Shown here piece after piece: positions 1 through 10,791 of a stretch of DNA of 64,000 nucleotides (the stretch's first letter is position 1; every line of letters starts with the position of its first letter). This DNA is from an uncultured delta proteobacterium (GTDB taxonomy: Bacteria > Myxococcota_A > UBA9160 > UBA4427), in contig CAWGJT010000014.1 of NCBI GenBank assembly GCA_963822965.1, positions 1 to 64,000 on the forward strand, written 5' to 3'. The translations under genes and the position numbers were made by a program. The notes below the pieces were generated by a model that did not search any database, was not told the origin of the DNA, and worked only from the letters and a program-made list of their open reading frames with translations.

Positions 1-101
1 TCGCGGCGTGGGTGCTCGCGAACTACGAGGAGTCCCTGGCGATCGACCGATACCGCATCCTGCTCCCGCTCGCGGCCGGACGGCGCGGGCGGAGGGACGC
101 G

Positions 102-1705
102 ATGACGGGGGGGCCCGCGGCGGAGAAATCCCGATCGGGCTCGCTGGTGCCGCACCTGCTCGTCTGCTGGCGCTGTCCGCCGGCTACGAGTCGCTCTTCC
201 TGCACCACGGGATCAACGTGATCGACGAGGGCTGGCCGCTCTACGCCGCCATGCGGCTGCACGCGGGGGGCACCCTCTACCAGGACGTCGTTCTTCGTGT
301 TTCCGCCGGGCCACCTGCTGTCGCCTGGCTCGCCTACGCGCTCGATCCGCCGGGCGTGGTGCTCGCGCGGGCCCTGTACGCGAGCTTCTCCGTGTCGCTC
401 TGCGCTGGGCCTCTACCTGCTGGGCCGGCGGCTGATGCCGGCGGGCTACGCGTTCTTCGGCACCCTGCTGCTGGCGGTGGGCGCCACCAGCGCCCACATG
501 CAGCAGCTCGTCTTCGGCTATCGCTACCTGGTCATCAGCCTGCTGGCGCTGCTCGCCTTCGCCCGCTGGCTCGAGGGTCGCGAGGGCGCTGGATCTTCGC
601 TGGCGGGGGCTTCACGGGGCTCTCGCTGGTGTTCCGGCTCACGCCGGCGTTCGCGGTGGGCTGTGCGGTGGCGCTCGGGATCGTCGCCGCCGGCGGCCGC
701 CCGCGCGACTGGCTGCGGTCGTGGTCGCTCTACGGTGCGGGGCTGCTGGTCGTCGCGGCGCCGGTCGTGGCCTGGTTCTTGGTGAGCGTCGGCCCCGAGA
801 CCCTGTGGCTCGAAGCGGTCGTACGCCCGGTCGCGATGACCGACCAGCAGAGCCTGCCGATGCCGCCGCTCACCTGGCTGCCGCCCGGGCACGCGCGCAA
901 GCAGATCTCGGACTGGTTCGTCGGGGTGCAGTTCCGCGCCTGGACGCTCCTGTACCTCGTCTACGGCGCCGCGCTCGCGACCGCGGCCTGGCGCGCGATC
1001 CGCGCACGCAGAGCGATTCCGGATCCGCTGCTGGCGGCTTCGTGGTGTGGGGCAGGCGTCTACTTCCTGCGCTCGTTCGGACGCTCGGACTCGGCGCACC
1101 TCTACTCGGCGATCCCGCCGGTGTGCCTGCTGATCGGTCATGCCGCGAGCCGCGTCGGCGCGGCGATCCGCCGACCGGGTCCGGCCCGCCGCGCTGGGAA
1201 CCGCGGGTCTCGCCTTCCTCGCGGGCTGGATCTACCTGGGCGGCGCCGATCGCGTCCTCGATCCCGCCTACCGGGGCGAGTCGCCGCTGGCTTCGCTCTC
1301 GGGCGAGGTGTCGGTGCGGCGCACGAGCCCGCTCCGCAGCATCGATGCGAAGGTGGCGGCGATCGTCCGGCGGACGCGACCGGGAGATCTGATCCTCGAC
1401 CTTTCGGCCTCGCCGCTGCTGTACGTGCTCGCGTGCCGCCTGGGGCCCGGCCATGCGGACGTCGTCATGCCGGGCTCCTTCCTCGAGGACGCCGAGGAGA
1501 TCCGCTTCCTGGCGCGCCTCCAGGCAGGCGCGACCCGCGCTGGTCGTCTGGCCGGGAAAGGCCTTCGACGACGATCCGGAGCCGGGCCGTCACCCGCGCC
1601 GCGCCGCGGGTCGCCGCCTGGGTTCGGAAGCGCTACCGGCGAATCGGCCGGGCCGACGATCGCTTCGTGCTGATGGTGCCCCGCCGCCCCGCCGCCGGGG
1701 GCTGA
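102..1705 (+). CDS. Polytopic membrane protein, GT-C/ArnT(PMT)-like glycosyltransferase (frameshifted)
   Basis: Pieces across frames give 'GINVIDEGWPLYAAMRLHAGGTLYQD..FPPGH', many TM segments and a soluble C-terminal domain. DEG motif after the first TM is typical of GT-C fold. Positions 1-~100 look like the tail of a similar upstream gene. Confidence 0.6.
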
Positions 1706-1729
1706 CACCCCGACTGCTACATTCCGGCG

Positions 1730-2497
1730 ATGCGTTTCCGCGCCCTCCTGGTGCTCGGCCTGGTCGCCTTGCTCTTCTACGCGGGCTTCACGTCGCGCAG
1801 CCAGCTCGGCCTCGAACTGTCCCAGGAGTCCGTTGCCAGCCTGGTCGCGGGCCTGGGCTGGCGCGCCTGGCTGGTCTTCCTCCTGCTCGTCGTCTTCCGG
1901 AGCTTCCTCGGGCTGCCGTCGTTCGTAGTGCTGTCGGCCGGGGGCGTCGTCTTCGGCGCGCTGCTGGGCTCGGTGATCAACGCGGCGGGCATCGTGATCT
2001 CGGCGCTGCTGTGGTACGCGGCGGCGCGCGGCGGGCTGCGGGGCTTCATCGGCGAGTGGCTCGGGACCCGGGCCGCGGACTTCCAGCGGCGCGCCGAAGG
2101 CGCCGGACCGTTCCTCGTGGGCATCTCCACCGCGCATCCCGCCGGGCCGCTCACCCCCTTCCACCTGGGATCCGGGCTGGCCGCGATCCCGGTCGTTCCC
2201 TTCCTGGTGGCGGTGCTGCTGGGGGCGCCGGTGCGCGCCTTCACGCTGGCGTTCTTCGGCTCGACGCTGCTCGACTTCGGTACCCCGCGCTTCTACGTCG
2301 CCACGGCGCTGGTGCTGGTGCTCGGGCTCCTGCCCCTCGCCCATCGCGGCATTCGGGAGCGGATCTTCGGCGCCTTCCGCGCCGGCGCCGGTGCTCGCCC
2401 CGGGAGACGATCCCCGCCGGAGCCGGCTGAGCGGCGACTGCGGGATCAGCGCAGCGGTCCGGTCGTACTCCAGCCAGACCTTGGTCGGGCCCCTTGA
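1730..2497 (+). CDS. VTT/DedA (TVP38/SNARE-associated) family membrane protein
   Basis: 'FLGLPSFVVLSAGGVVFGALLGSVINAAG' and 'PFHLGSGLAAIPVVPFL' match the TVP38 pattern. True stop may be ~2430. Confidence 0.8.
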   Translation: MRFRALLVLGLVALLFYAGFTSRSQLGLELSQESVASLVAGLGWRAWLVFLLLVVFRSFLGLPSFVVLSAGGVVFGALLGSVINAAGIVISALLWYAAARGGLRGFIGEWLGTRAADFQRRAEGAGPFLVGISTAHPAGPLTPFHLGSGLAAIPVVPFLVAVLLGAPVRAFTLAFFGSTLLDFGTPRFYVATALVLVLGLLPLAHRGIRERIFGAFRAGAGARPGRRSPPEPAERRLRDQRSGPVVLQPDLGRAP

Positions 2498-3160
2498 AGA
2501 GCAGGCTGCGCTGGGAGGTCGTGATCGTCGCGACGCCGGAGAAGGCGCGCACCGACTCGATCTCCTCGTGGATGCGGAGCTTCGTCTCGAAGAAGCCGCC
2601 CGTCTCGCCGCTGACGCCGAGGGCCCGCCGCTCGGTCACCACGACGCCGGCGGCTCGGTCCGACGCTCACCGCCGATCACGTCCTCGTGGGGGCCGAGGA
2701 TCTCCTCGGTCCAGTTGCCGGTGCCGAAGAACGCCAGCGCGCGCAGCGGCGGTGACGACCAGGGCCAGGGTCTGGGAGAGGTAGGCCTCGGCGACGGGCG
2801 CCTCCACCAGGCGATAGCGTTCCTCCTGCCACGACCCGGAGTAGGGGGTGACGGCGAGCATGCGCGCGGTGGTGAGCGCCACCGCCACCCGGCCGCGAGA
2901 CCCCATCCAGAGCACCTCCTCCTTGGGCTCGAGGCGGGTTGCCAGCCGGCCGCTACCCACCGAGGTCGAAGGCGACCAGCTCGCGGCCGATCTGATCGAC
3001 GACGATGGCGTCCTCGAGGACGAACTCGTCGGGGAGGGGGAGCTGGCACCTGGGCAGCGGCCGGCGCCCCCGCGAGGCGCGGCCAGGCAGAGCGCGACGC
3101 AGGAGCCACAACGCCGTGGGGGGCTGCGAGCGGTCGCGAGACGGTCGGCGGGCCGGCATC
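2427..3160 (-). CDS. Hypothetical exported protein with four ~38-aa beta-rich repeats (frameshifted)
   Basis: Assembled from ORFs 2953-3246, 2667-2960, 2636-3109 and 2241-2642. Repeated 'hhhTxxRhLh' units. Ends approximate. Confidence 0.5.
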
Positions 3161-3164
3161 GCCG

Positions 3165-3479
3165 TTACTCGCGCGCCGGGAGCTCGATGCGGGGGCTGTC
3201 CGGGTGCGGCCGGTAGAGGATCACCGTGTGGCCGACGAGTCCGCACAGCTCGGCGCCGGTCTCCTCGGGCAGGATGCGAGCCAGCTCCTTCTTGTTCTCC
3301 GGCTCGTGCAGGCGGACCTTCACCAGCTCGTGATCTTCGAGCGCCTGCTCGAGGGCGCGCAGGACGGGCGGACCCACGCCCGCCTCCCCCACGTGCACGA
3401 CGGGCTTCCGCGAGTGGGCGAGCTTGCGCAGATGGCGGCGCTGGAAGCCCCTGAGGGCGGATTCGGGCGAGGGCGGCAT
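3165..3479 (-). CDS. yhbY: YhbY/CRM-domain RNA-binding protein
   Basis: 'QRRHLRKLAHSRKPVVHVGEAGV...ALEDHELVKVR...VGHTVILYR'. Confidence 0.92.
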   Translation of the reverse strand: MPPSPESALRGFQRRHLRKLAHSRKPVVHVGEAGVGPPVLRALEQALEDHELVKVRLHEPENKKELARILPEETGAELCGLVGHTVILYRPHPDSPRIELPARE

Positions 3480-3573
3480 GGATCCCGGAGCGTAGCAGCG
3501 AGCCCGGCCCGGCCCGAAGATCGGCTCATCCGGACTCAACGCCAGCGGACGGCCTGCCGATACCCCCGGACGC

Positions 3574-5112
3574 ATGCCTGCCAAGCCCACCGTTCCCGTG
3601 ATCGGGCGGCTCGCCGTCCAGATGAAGCTCCTCGACCGGCAGCAGCTGGCCCAGGCGTTGCGTACCCAGGCGACCAGCGACGGGAAGCGCCTGGGCGACG
3701 TGATGGTCGAGCTGGGGATGATCAACGCCCAGCAGCTCGAGAAGCTGCAGGCGGTCCAGAACGACCTGATCGCGAAGCACCGGGCCAAGCAGGCCGCGGC
3801 TCTCGCCAAGGCCCCCCAGGGCGCACCGGCGGCCGCCGCGCCGAAGCGCGCTCCCGCCGCCCCGTCGGGCGCCGGGCCGGCCTCGTCCCAGCCGCGTCCC
3901 GCCGCCGCCGCGCCGCCCGCCGCCCCCGCCGCCCAGGCCCCCGGGTCCCAGGCTCCGGCGGTACCGGTACAGGTCGCCGACGCCGCGCGCGCGGCCGCCG
4001 TCGTCGATCCCGTCGGCGCCGAGCCTCGGCTTGACGATGCACGAGGCGAGCGACGCCCATCGCCAGCGGCTCGGCCAGCTCCTCTACGACGCCGTCCAGT
4101 CGGGTGCCAGCGACGTCCACATCCACGCCGGTGCCACGCCCAAGCAGCGCATCGGCGGCACCCTCGAGGACATGGCGCCCACGCCCGATCGGCGCCGAAG
4201 AGGCGGAGCAGCTCGTCGCTGCGGCCCTCGATCCGGTGCAGCGCGCCGAGCTCGAGCGCAACGGCGAGCTCGACTTCTGCCTCGAGCTGCCGGGCCTGGG
4301 GCGCTTCCGGGCCAACTGCTACCGCCAGCAGCGCGGCTTCGACGTCGTCTTCCGCTCGATCCCCGCCGAGCCGCCCACCCTGGCGAGCCTGGGGCTGCCG
4401 GCGGATCTGAAGCGCTTCACCGAGTATCACCAGGGCATGGTGCTGGTGACGGGGCCCGCCGGCTGCGGCAAGTCCGCGACCCTGGCCGCCCTGGTGAACC
4501 TCATCAACGAGAGCCGCGAGGAGCACATCCTCACCATCGAAGATCCCATCGAGGTGGTCCACCGCTCCAAGCGCTGCCTGGTCAACCAGCGGCACGCCGG
4601 CCGCGCACACCGGAAGCTTCGCGCGCGCCCTGCGCGGCGCCCTGCGCGAGGACCCGGACATCATCGTGATCGGCGAGCTGCGCGACCTCGAGACCATCTC
4701 CCTGGCGATGACCGCCGCCGAGACCGGCCACTTCGTGCTGGCGACCCTGCACACGAACAACGCCGTCCGCACCATCAACCGCATGATCGGCGCGTTTCCC
4801 TCCGCCGAGCAGGGGCAGGTGCGCACGATGCTCTCCGAGTCCCTGCGCGCCGTGATCTCCCAGCGTCTCGTTCCGAAGAAGGACGGGTCGGGTCGGGTGC
4901 CGGCCCTGGAGCTGCTGGTGATCAACAAGGCCATCTCGAACCTCGTGCGCGAGGAGAAGACGGTCCAGATCCGCTCCGCGATCCAGACCGGCAAGGGTCA
5001 GGGCATGTATCTGCTCGAGCAGTCCCTGAACGCGCTGGTGCGCACGGGCGTCGTCGAGAAGGAGGTCGCGCTCCGATTCGCGGAAGACAAGAAGATGGTC
5101 ACCGGGCAGTAA
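3574..5112 (+). CDS. pilT: PilT/PilU-family type IV pilus ATPase with N-terminal MshEN-like domain and Pro/Ala linker (frameshifted)
   Basis: ASDVHI, GRFRANCYRQ, Walker A GPAGCGKS, TIEDPIE, REDPDIIVIGELRD, TLHT, AISNLVRE. N-terminal RLGDVMVELGMI..QL motif. Indels near 4030, 4185 and 4610. Confidence 0.85.
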
Positions 5113-5127
5113 CGGACGAGGAAAGAG

Positions 5128-6189
5128 ATGGCGCAGCTCGACCAGCTCCTCAGCTATCTGAAAGACAACGACTGCTCGGACCTGCACCTGGCGGCCGGCC
5201 TCGAGCCGCGGGTGCGCTCCAAGGGCTCCCTGCGCACCGTGGAGGGCCGCGCGTCCCTCTCCGACGACGAGCTGCGCGGCATGCTCGAGGAGATCGCCCT
5301 GCCGAAGCACTGGGAGGAGTTCGTCGAGACCAACGACGTGGACTTCGCCTACGGCCTGGAGGGCGTCGGCCGCTTCCGCGCCAACTACTTCGTGCAGCAG
5401 AACGGCGCCGGCGCCGTCTTCCGCCTGATTCCCGAGGACATCATCACCTTCGAGCAGCTCCGCCTCACGAAGGCGATCGAGACCCTCGCGCACCTGGACC
5501 AGGGCCTGGTTCTCGTGACGGGTCCCACGGGCTCCGGCAAGTCGACCACCCTGGCGGCCATCATCGACAAGGTGAACAAGACCTACCCGAAGCACATCGT
5601 GACGATCGAGGACCCGGTGGAGTTCGTCCACCAGCACCAGACCGCCACCTTCTCCCACCGCGAGGTGGGGCTGCACACCCTGAGCTTCCAGAACGCCCTG
5701 CGCGCCGCCATCCGGCAGGACGCGGACGTGATCCTGGTGGGCGAGATGCGGGAGCGGGAGACGATCGCGCTCGCCATCACCGCCGCCGAGATGGGCATGC
5801 TGGTGTTCGGGACCCTTCACACGAACAACGCCGCCAAGACCATCGACCGCATCATCGACGCGTTTCCGGCCGACGAGCAGAACATGATCCGGCTGAGCCT
5901 CTCGGAGTCGCTCGCGGGAATCGTCTCGCAGCTGCTGCTGAGGACCGCGGACGGCAAGGGCCGGGTGGCCTGCAACGAGATCCTGCTGCGCACTCCCGGA
6001 CTGCCGAACGTCATCCGCGAGGCCAACAACCAGATGCTCTACTCGATCATCCAGTCGGGCAAGAAGGAAGGCATGCAGGCGATGGACGACGTGCTCTTCG
6101 CCTACGCGAAGGAAGGCAAGATCACCGGCCGCGACGCCTACATGAAGGCCACCGACAAGGCGCGCTTCGAGTCCATGCTCGACGCCTGA
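5128..6189 (+). CDS. pilT: Type IV pilus retraction ATPase PilT family
   Basis: Intact 353 aa. SDLHL, GPTGSGKSTT, TIEDPVE, VGEMR, GTLHT, GMQAMD. Confidence 0.93.
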   Translation: MAQLDQLLSYLKDNDCSDLHLAAGLEPRVRSKGSLRTVEGRASLSDDELRGMLEEIALPKHWEEFVETNDVDFAYGLEGVGRFRANYFVQQNGAGAVFRLIPEDIITFEQLRLTKAIETLAHLDQGLVLVTGPTGSGKSTTLAAIIDKVNKTYPKHIVTIEDPVEFVHQHQTATFSHREVGLHTLSFQNALRAAIRQDADVILVGEMRERETIALAITAAEMGMLVFGTLHTNNAAKTIDRIIDAFPADEQNMIRLSLSESLAGIVSQLLLRTADGKGRVACNEILLRTPGLPNVIREANNQMLYSIIQSGKKEGMQAMDDVLFAYAKEGKITGRDAYMKATDKARFESMLDA

Positions 6190-6257
6190 GCCCCGCCCGG
6201 CCCGCCCGCCAGGCCGCCGGACTTGAGGGTCGGCCGTCCGCGCGCGAGACTCCGACC

Positions 6258-7501
6258 GTGCCGCGCCTCCTCCTCGTCGTTCCCGCGCTTCTCCTCTTCG
6301 CCAGCGTGCTGGTGGGCGGTCACTGGTATCTGGCCCAGCGCCTGGTGGTGGACGCGGCGCTGCCGCCCGGGGCGCACGCCCTGCTGCTGGGGGCCGTGGT
6401 GGCGGGGGGTGTCAGCCTGGTGCTGCAGCCCGTGGGCGAGCGTCTGCTGAGCCCCCCCTGGTCCCGCCTCATCGCCTGGCCGGCCTCCCTGTGGATGGGT
6501 CTCTTCTTCTACCTCTTCCTGCTCGTGGCATTCAGCGACCTGCTGCTGGGCCTCGGGGGTCTCGTCTTCCCCAAGCCCCTGTACGCGGCGGCGGGCGTAC
6601 CGGATGCGCCCGGAGGCGCGGGACGGGTGCGGGCCGCGGCCGTGCTCGTCGCGGCCCTCGCCTTCGTGGCAGTGGGGCTGCGCGGGCGGCTCCGGGGGCC
6701 GTGCCTCGTGCGACGGGACGTCGTGCTGCCCCGCTGGCCCAGGGCCCTGGACGGCTTCCGCATCGTCCAGATCTCGGACATCCACATCGGACCGATCCTG
6801 GGGCGCGCGTTCGCGCGGGAGCTGGTGGATCGCGTCAACGCCCTCGCCCCGGACCTGGTGGCCGTCACCGGCGACCTGGTGGACGGCAGCGTGCGCCGGC
6901 TTCGGGACGAGGTGACGCCCTTCGGCGAGCTGCGCGGACGCTACGGGGTCTTCTTCGTCACGGGCAATCACGACCACTACTCGGGTGCGGACGGCTGGAG
7001 CGCGCGCCTGCGGGAGCTGGGCTTCCGCATCCTGCGCAACGAGCGGGTGACGATCGACACCCGCGAAGGCGCGCCCTTCGAGCTGGCCGGCGTGGACGAT
7101 CACCGTTCGGGCTTCGAGTCCGGGCGCGGTGGCGAGGATCTGGACGCCGCGTTGGCCGGCGTCCCCCCGGCCGTGCCGTGGTGCTCCTCGCCCACGACCC
7201 GTCGACCTTCAAGCGCGCCTCCACCATGGGCGTCGACCTTCAGCTCTCCGGGCACACCCACGGCGGCCAGATCTGGCCCTTCGCGTGGTTCGTGCGTCTC
7301 GCGATACCCTTCGTGGCCGGTCTCTACCGGCGCGGGGACGCGCAGGTGTACGTGAGCCGCGGCACCGGCTTCTGGGGACCGCCCATGCGCTTCGGCGCGC
7401 CGGCCGAGATCACGGAGATCCGGCTGCGTTCCCCCGATACCCCGAACGAGAACCGTGCAGAGCCTGCGCGAGACGGAGACGACGATGATCGAGTGGAGTG
7501 A
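6258..7501 (+). CDS. Membrane-anchored metallophosphoesterase (YkuE-like, frameshifted ~7170)
   Basis: N-terminal TMs, then SDIHIG, TGDLVDG, GNHDHY, LAHDP, SGHTHGGQ, SRGTGFWGPPMRFG. Confidence 0.88.
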
Positions 7502-8756
7502 GCAGCACCTGATGATTCGCGACGCGGTCCGCCGCTTCGTCGAGGCGGAGATCGTGCCGAACCTGGAGCAGCTCGAGCACGGGGACATGCCCCCCTACGA
7601 CGTGCTGCGCAAGCTCTTCTCGACGTTCGGCATGGGCGAGATGGCCCGCGCGCGCTTCAAGAAGGAGATCGCGCGCGAGAAGGCGGGCACACCGAAGGCC
7701 GCGCCCTCCGAGAAGAGCGCGCCCGCCGGCGGCGAGGACGAGGATCTCGTGCCCCGAGGCAGCGTGGGCGCCAAGGGCGACGCCGCGGCCATGACGCTCA
7801 TCCCGATCATCGAGCTGTGCCGCTACTGCCCGGGCATGGTGACCGCCATGGGCGTGAGCGTGGGGCTCACCGGCGGCGCCATCATGTCGAAGGGCACCAC
7901 GCGGCAGAAGGAGCGCTGGGGGCTCGACCTGCTCACGCTCGACAAGATCGGCTCGTGGGCGATCACCGAGCCGGGCTCCGGGTCGGACGCCTTCGGCGGC
8001 ATGAAGAGCACCGCACGGCGCCGGCCGGGTGGGGGCTACGTGCTCAACGGCAGCAAGACCTTCATCACGAACGGCCCCTTCGCGGACACGATCGTGTTCA
8101 TCTGCAAGCTCGACGAGGAGGGCGTCGCTCCGCGCGAGCGCAAGATCCTCACCTTCGTCCTCGACCGCGGCATGAAGGGGCTCGAGCAGACCCGGCCCAT
8201 GCGCAAGATGGGGCTGCACTCGTCGCCCACGGGCGAGCTCTTCCTGCAGGACGTGGAGGTCGAGGCGGACCGTCTGCTCGGCGAGACCGAGGAGCAGCCC
8301 TCGCGCGAGGGCGCCAAGCAGACCTTCTCGACCGAGCGCACGGGTGTGGCCGCCATGGCCCTCGGGATCGTGGAGCGCTGCCTCGAGCTGTCGGTCCGCT
8401 ACGCGAAGGAGCGCGTGCAGTTCGAGCGGCCCATCGGCGAGTTCCAGCTGGTGCAGCTCAAGCTCGCCAAGATGGAGGTGGCGCGCATGAACCTCCAGAA
8501 CCTGGTCTTCCGGCACCTCGAGCTGGTGGACTGCAGCCGCCGGCCGAGCCTGGCGGAATCGTCCGCCATGAAGCTCTACTCCGCCCAGGCGGCCATGGAG
8601 GTGGCTCTGGAAGCGGTGCAGGTCTTCGGCGGCAACGGCTACATGGCCGAGTACCAGGTGGAGCAGCTCTGCCGGGACGCGAAGGTGCTGCAGATCTACG
8701 CGGGCACCGACGAGATCCAGGTGTCGTCGATCGCCCGGGACCTGCTCGCCCGCTGA
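7485..8756 (+). CDS. Acyl-CoA dehydrogenase
   Basis: WAITEPGSGSD, YVLNGSKTFITNG, RVQFERPIGEFQ, FGGNGY, IYAGTDEIQ. Confidence 0.93.
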   Translation: MIEWSEQHLMIRDAVRRFVEAEIVPNLEQLEHGDMPPYDVLRKLFSTFGMGEMARARFKKEIAREKAGTPKAAPSEKSAPAGGEDEDLVPRGSVGAKGDAAAMTLIPIIELCRYCPGMVTAMGVSVGLTGGAIMSKGTTRQKERWGLDLLTLDKIGSWAITEPGSGSDAFGGMKSTARRRPGGGYVLNGSKTFITNGPFADTIVFICKLDEEGVAPRERKILTFVLDRGMKGLEQTRPMRKMGLHSSPTGELFLQDVEVEADRLLGETEEQPSREGAKQTFSTERTGVAAMALGIVERCLELSVRYAKERVQFERPIGEFQLVQLKLAKMEVARMNLQNLVFRHLELVDCSRRPSLAESSAMKLYSAQAAMEVALEAVQVFGGNGYMAEYQVEQLCRDAKVLQIYAGTDEIQVSSIARDLLAR

Positions 8757-8772
8757 AGGGAGATCGGGCCGG

Positions 8773-9183
8773 ATGGCAACGCAGCGCATCACCGTCCGGG
8801 TGGACGGCCCCGGCCTGCACGAGATCACGCGCGAGGTGGCGGCCGCCGCCGCCGAAGCGGGCGTGGGCGACGGCTTGTGCACGGTGTTCATCCCGCACAC
8901 CTCGGCCAGCCTCACCATCCAGGAGAACGCCGACCCCTCGGCGCAGCGCGACCTCGAGCGCTGGCTCGAACGCCTGGTTCCCGAGCACGATCCGCTCTAC
9001 ACCCACACCGCCGAGGGGCCGGACGACATGCCCGCCCACATCAAGGCGGCCCTCACCGCTACGTCCCTGTCCATCCCCATGCAGGACGGTCGCCTGGTGC
9101 TCGGCACCTGGCAGGGCATCTTCCTGTGGGAGCACCGGAGCGCCCGGGGACGTCGCGACGTGGTGATCCACGTGGGCGGCTGA
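8773..9183 (+). CDS. yjbQ: YjbQ family (UPF0047) protein
   Basis: HTSASLTIQENADP, HTAEGPDDMPAHIK, LGTWQGIFLWEH. Confidence 0.92.
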   Translation: MATQRITVRVDGPGLHEITREVAAAAAEAGVGDGLCTVFIPHTSASLTIQENADPSAQRDLERWLERLVPEHDPLYTHTAEGPDDMPAHIKAALTATSLSIPMQDGRLVLGTWQGIFLWEHRSARGRRDVVIHVGG

Positions 9184-9227
9184 CGGCCGCTCGCACGATC
9201 CGAAAACGATCCGAAGACGGCGTCCGA

Positions 9228-10154
9228 TCAGACGGTCCCGCCGTTCTCCAGCCACTCGCGGCAGTCCGGCGGTGAGCGCCCGCTCGCAGGCGGCGTCGTA
9301 GAGGGCCATCTCGTCGGCGGAGAGGACGTCGCGCCAGCGGCCGTTCGTGCCCTTGTGGAGGAAGGTCTCGGCGCCGCCCTTCCAGAACTGCGCCGCCGCC
9401 CGGCGCGTAGCGCTCGCCCTGGCGCTTCATCTCTTCGAACGAGACGGCCTTGACGATGCCGGGCCAGCACCGCTCGGGCACGTCGATCTCGAGGAATCCG
9501 CCATGCGGCGGATCTCGCCCTCGGTGTCCGCGAGCAGGTCGTTGTAGTGGACGAGCTGGATGTTCGGCAGCGTCGCGGAAGTCCCACCACGACTGCACGT
9601 TGTAGAGGTGCGACCAGTAGGGCCAGCCGTCCGTCTCCCACGGGAACCAGCCGCGCGTCGTCCAGTCGCGCCAGAAGGCGTGGATGTCCCGTCGGGCGGG
9701 AGGGGCAGCTCGTCGCCCACGCGACCGCCCGAGCCCGTTCATCAGCAGGAAGAACTCGTCGTTCATCCCCGTGTAGTGGTTCCAGAGGGACATGAAGACG
9801 TCCCGGGCGTCGCGCGCCACGTAGAGGTACTTGATCCTCGCGTCGTAGCGCAGCCCGTCGAGGGGCAGGTGGGTCTTGATGAAGCGGCGGTGGGCCTGGG
9901 CCTTCAGGCCGTTCAGCACGACCTCGAGCGGCATGACCCGCATGTCCAGCCAGGGCGACAGCTCGGCGGGACCCGCCGGCAGGTCGCCGTCCGGGAAGAG
10001 CAGGTGGCCGACGATGGCCTGGGTCCACGTGGTGCCCGACTTGTAGGACGTGGCGATGACGATGTCGTCGGCACGCGGCTCGAAGTAGTCCCAGCGGGTG
10101 CTGTCGAAGTGGTGCGACTGGTAGACGTGGCGTACGCTCGGGCAGGTTCGGCAT
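9228..10154 (-). CDS. PAPS-dependent (aryl) sulfotransferase (frameshifted)
   Basis: DDIVIATSYKSGTTW (5'-PSB), IKTHLP, YVARDARDVFMSLW, HKGTNGRW. Confidence 0.85.
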   Translation of the reverse strand: MPNLPERTPRLPVAPLRQHPLGLLRAACRRHRHRHVLQVGHHVDPGHRRPPALPGRRPAGGSRRAVALAGHAGHAARGRAERPEGPGPPPLHQDPPAPRRAALRREDQVPLRGARRPGRLHVPLEPLHGDERRVLPADERARAVAWATSCPSRPTGHPRLLARLDDARLVPVGDGRLALLVAPLQRAVVVGLPRRCRTSSSSTTTTCSRTPRARSAAWRIPRDRRARAVLARHRQGRLVRRDEAPGRALRAGRRRSSGRAAPRPSSTRARTAAGATSSPPTRWPSTTPPASGRSPPDCREWLENGGTV

Positions 10155-10256
10155 GGCGCGGATTCTACAGCGGGCGCAAGGGCTCGGGGCGGCGGCGGCT
10201 CGATCGGGCGCGCGCGCCGCGCCGCTTGCCGCCGAGGGGGGACCGGCGCTCGGGGC

Positions 10257-10730
10257 TCAGTCCCGGGTCTTCCAGTAGTCGCGCATCAGCTCGCGCGACC
10301 AGTCGGGCTGGCGCACCGCCTCCCGGGGCAGGAACTCGCGCATCACGGGCTTCACGTCGAGCACCGGGGTGCCGTCGATGGCGTCGAGCTCGGTCACCCA
10401 GAGCCTGGATCCGTCGCGCCGTAGCACCCGGCAGATCGTGCTCCCGATGCGGTTCGGCCGGCTCTTGCCTCGCTGGGCGAAGATGCCGACGGCCGGCCAG
10501 TCGGGGTTGTTGCGCGGGTGCCGCGCGCCGGAGACGACCTTTGCCGGATCGACCCGATCGAAGAGGAAGAGGACCTCTGCGTGGGAGAAGTCCTCGAGCC
10601 CCTGGATCGCGTCGGGTGGGAAGCGGTCGGTGAGCACGATGCACGCCCGCTCGTCGCCCCAGAAGTCGTCTTCGGCCTGCTTGCGCCCCGCTTCCACGAG
10701 GCCGATCGGCTCCATCTCGAAGGTGGCCAT
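10257..10730 (-). CDS. TsaA/TrmO-like SAM-binding protein
   Basis: GLEDFSH, VGIFAQRGKSRPNRIG, LDAIDGTPVLDVKP. Confidence 0.88.
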   Translation of the reverse strand: MATFEMEPIGLVEAGRKQAEDDFWGDERACIVLTDRFPPDAIQGLEDFSHAEVLFLFDRVDPAKVVSGARHPRNNPDWPAVGIFAQRGKSRPNRIGSTICRVLRRDGSRLWVTELDAIDGTPVLDVKPVMREFLPREAVRQPDWSRELMRDYWKTRD

Positions 10731-10791
10731 CTCCGTCCTCCCCGTCTGCTGCGCCGGACGCTATCACGGGCGCCGAGACGGTGGTGGACGG

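Noticed and set aside
4104..7355. 1083-aa PilT-phosphoesterase fusion ORF
   Set aside because: Chimeric reading produced by indels. The middle is out-of-frame sequence of the intact second pilT.
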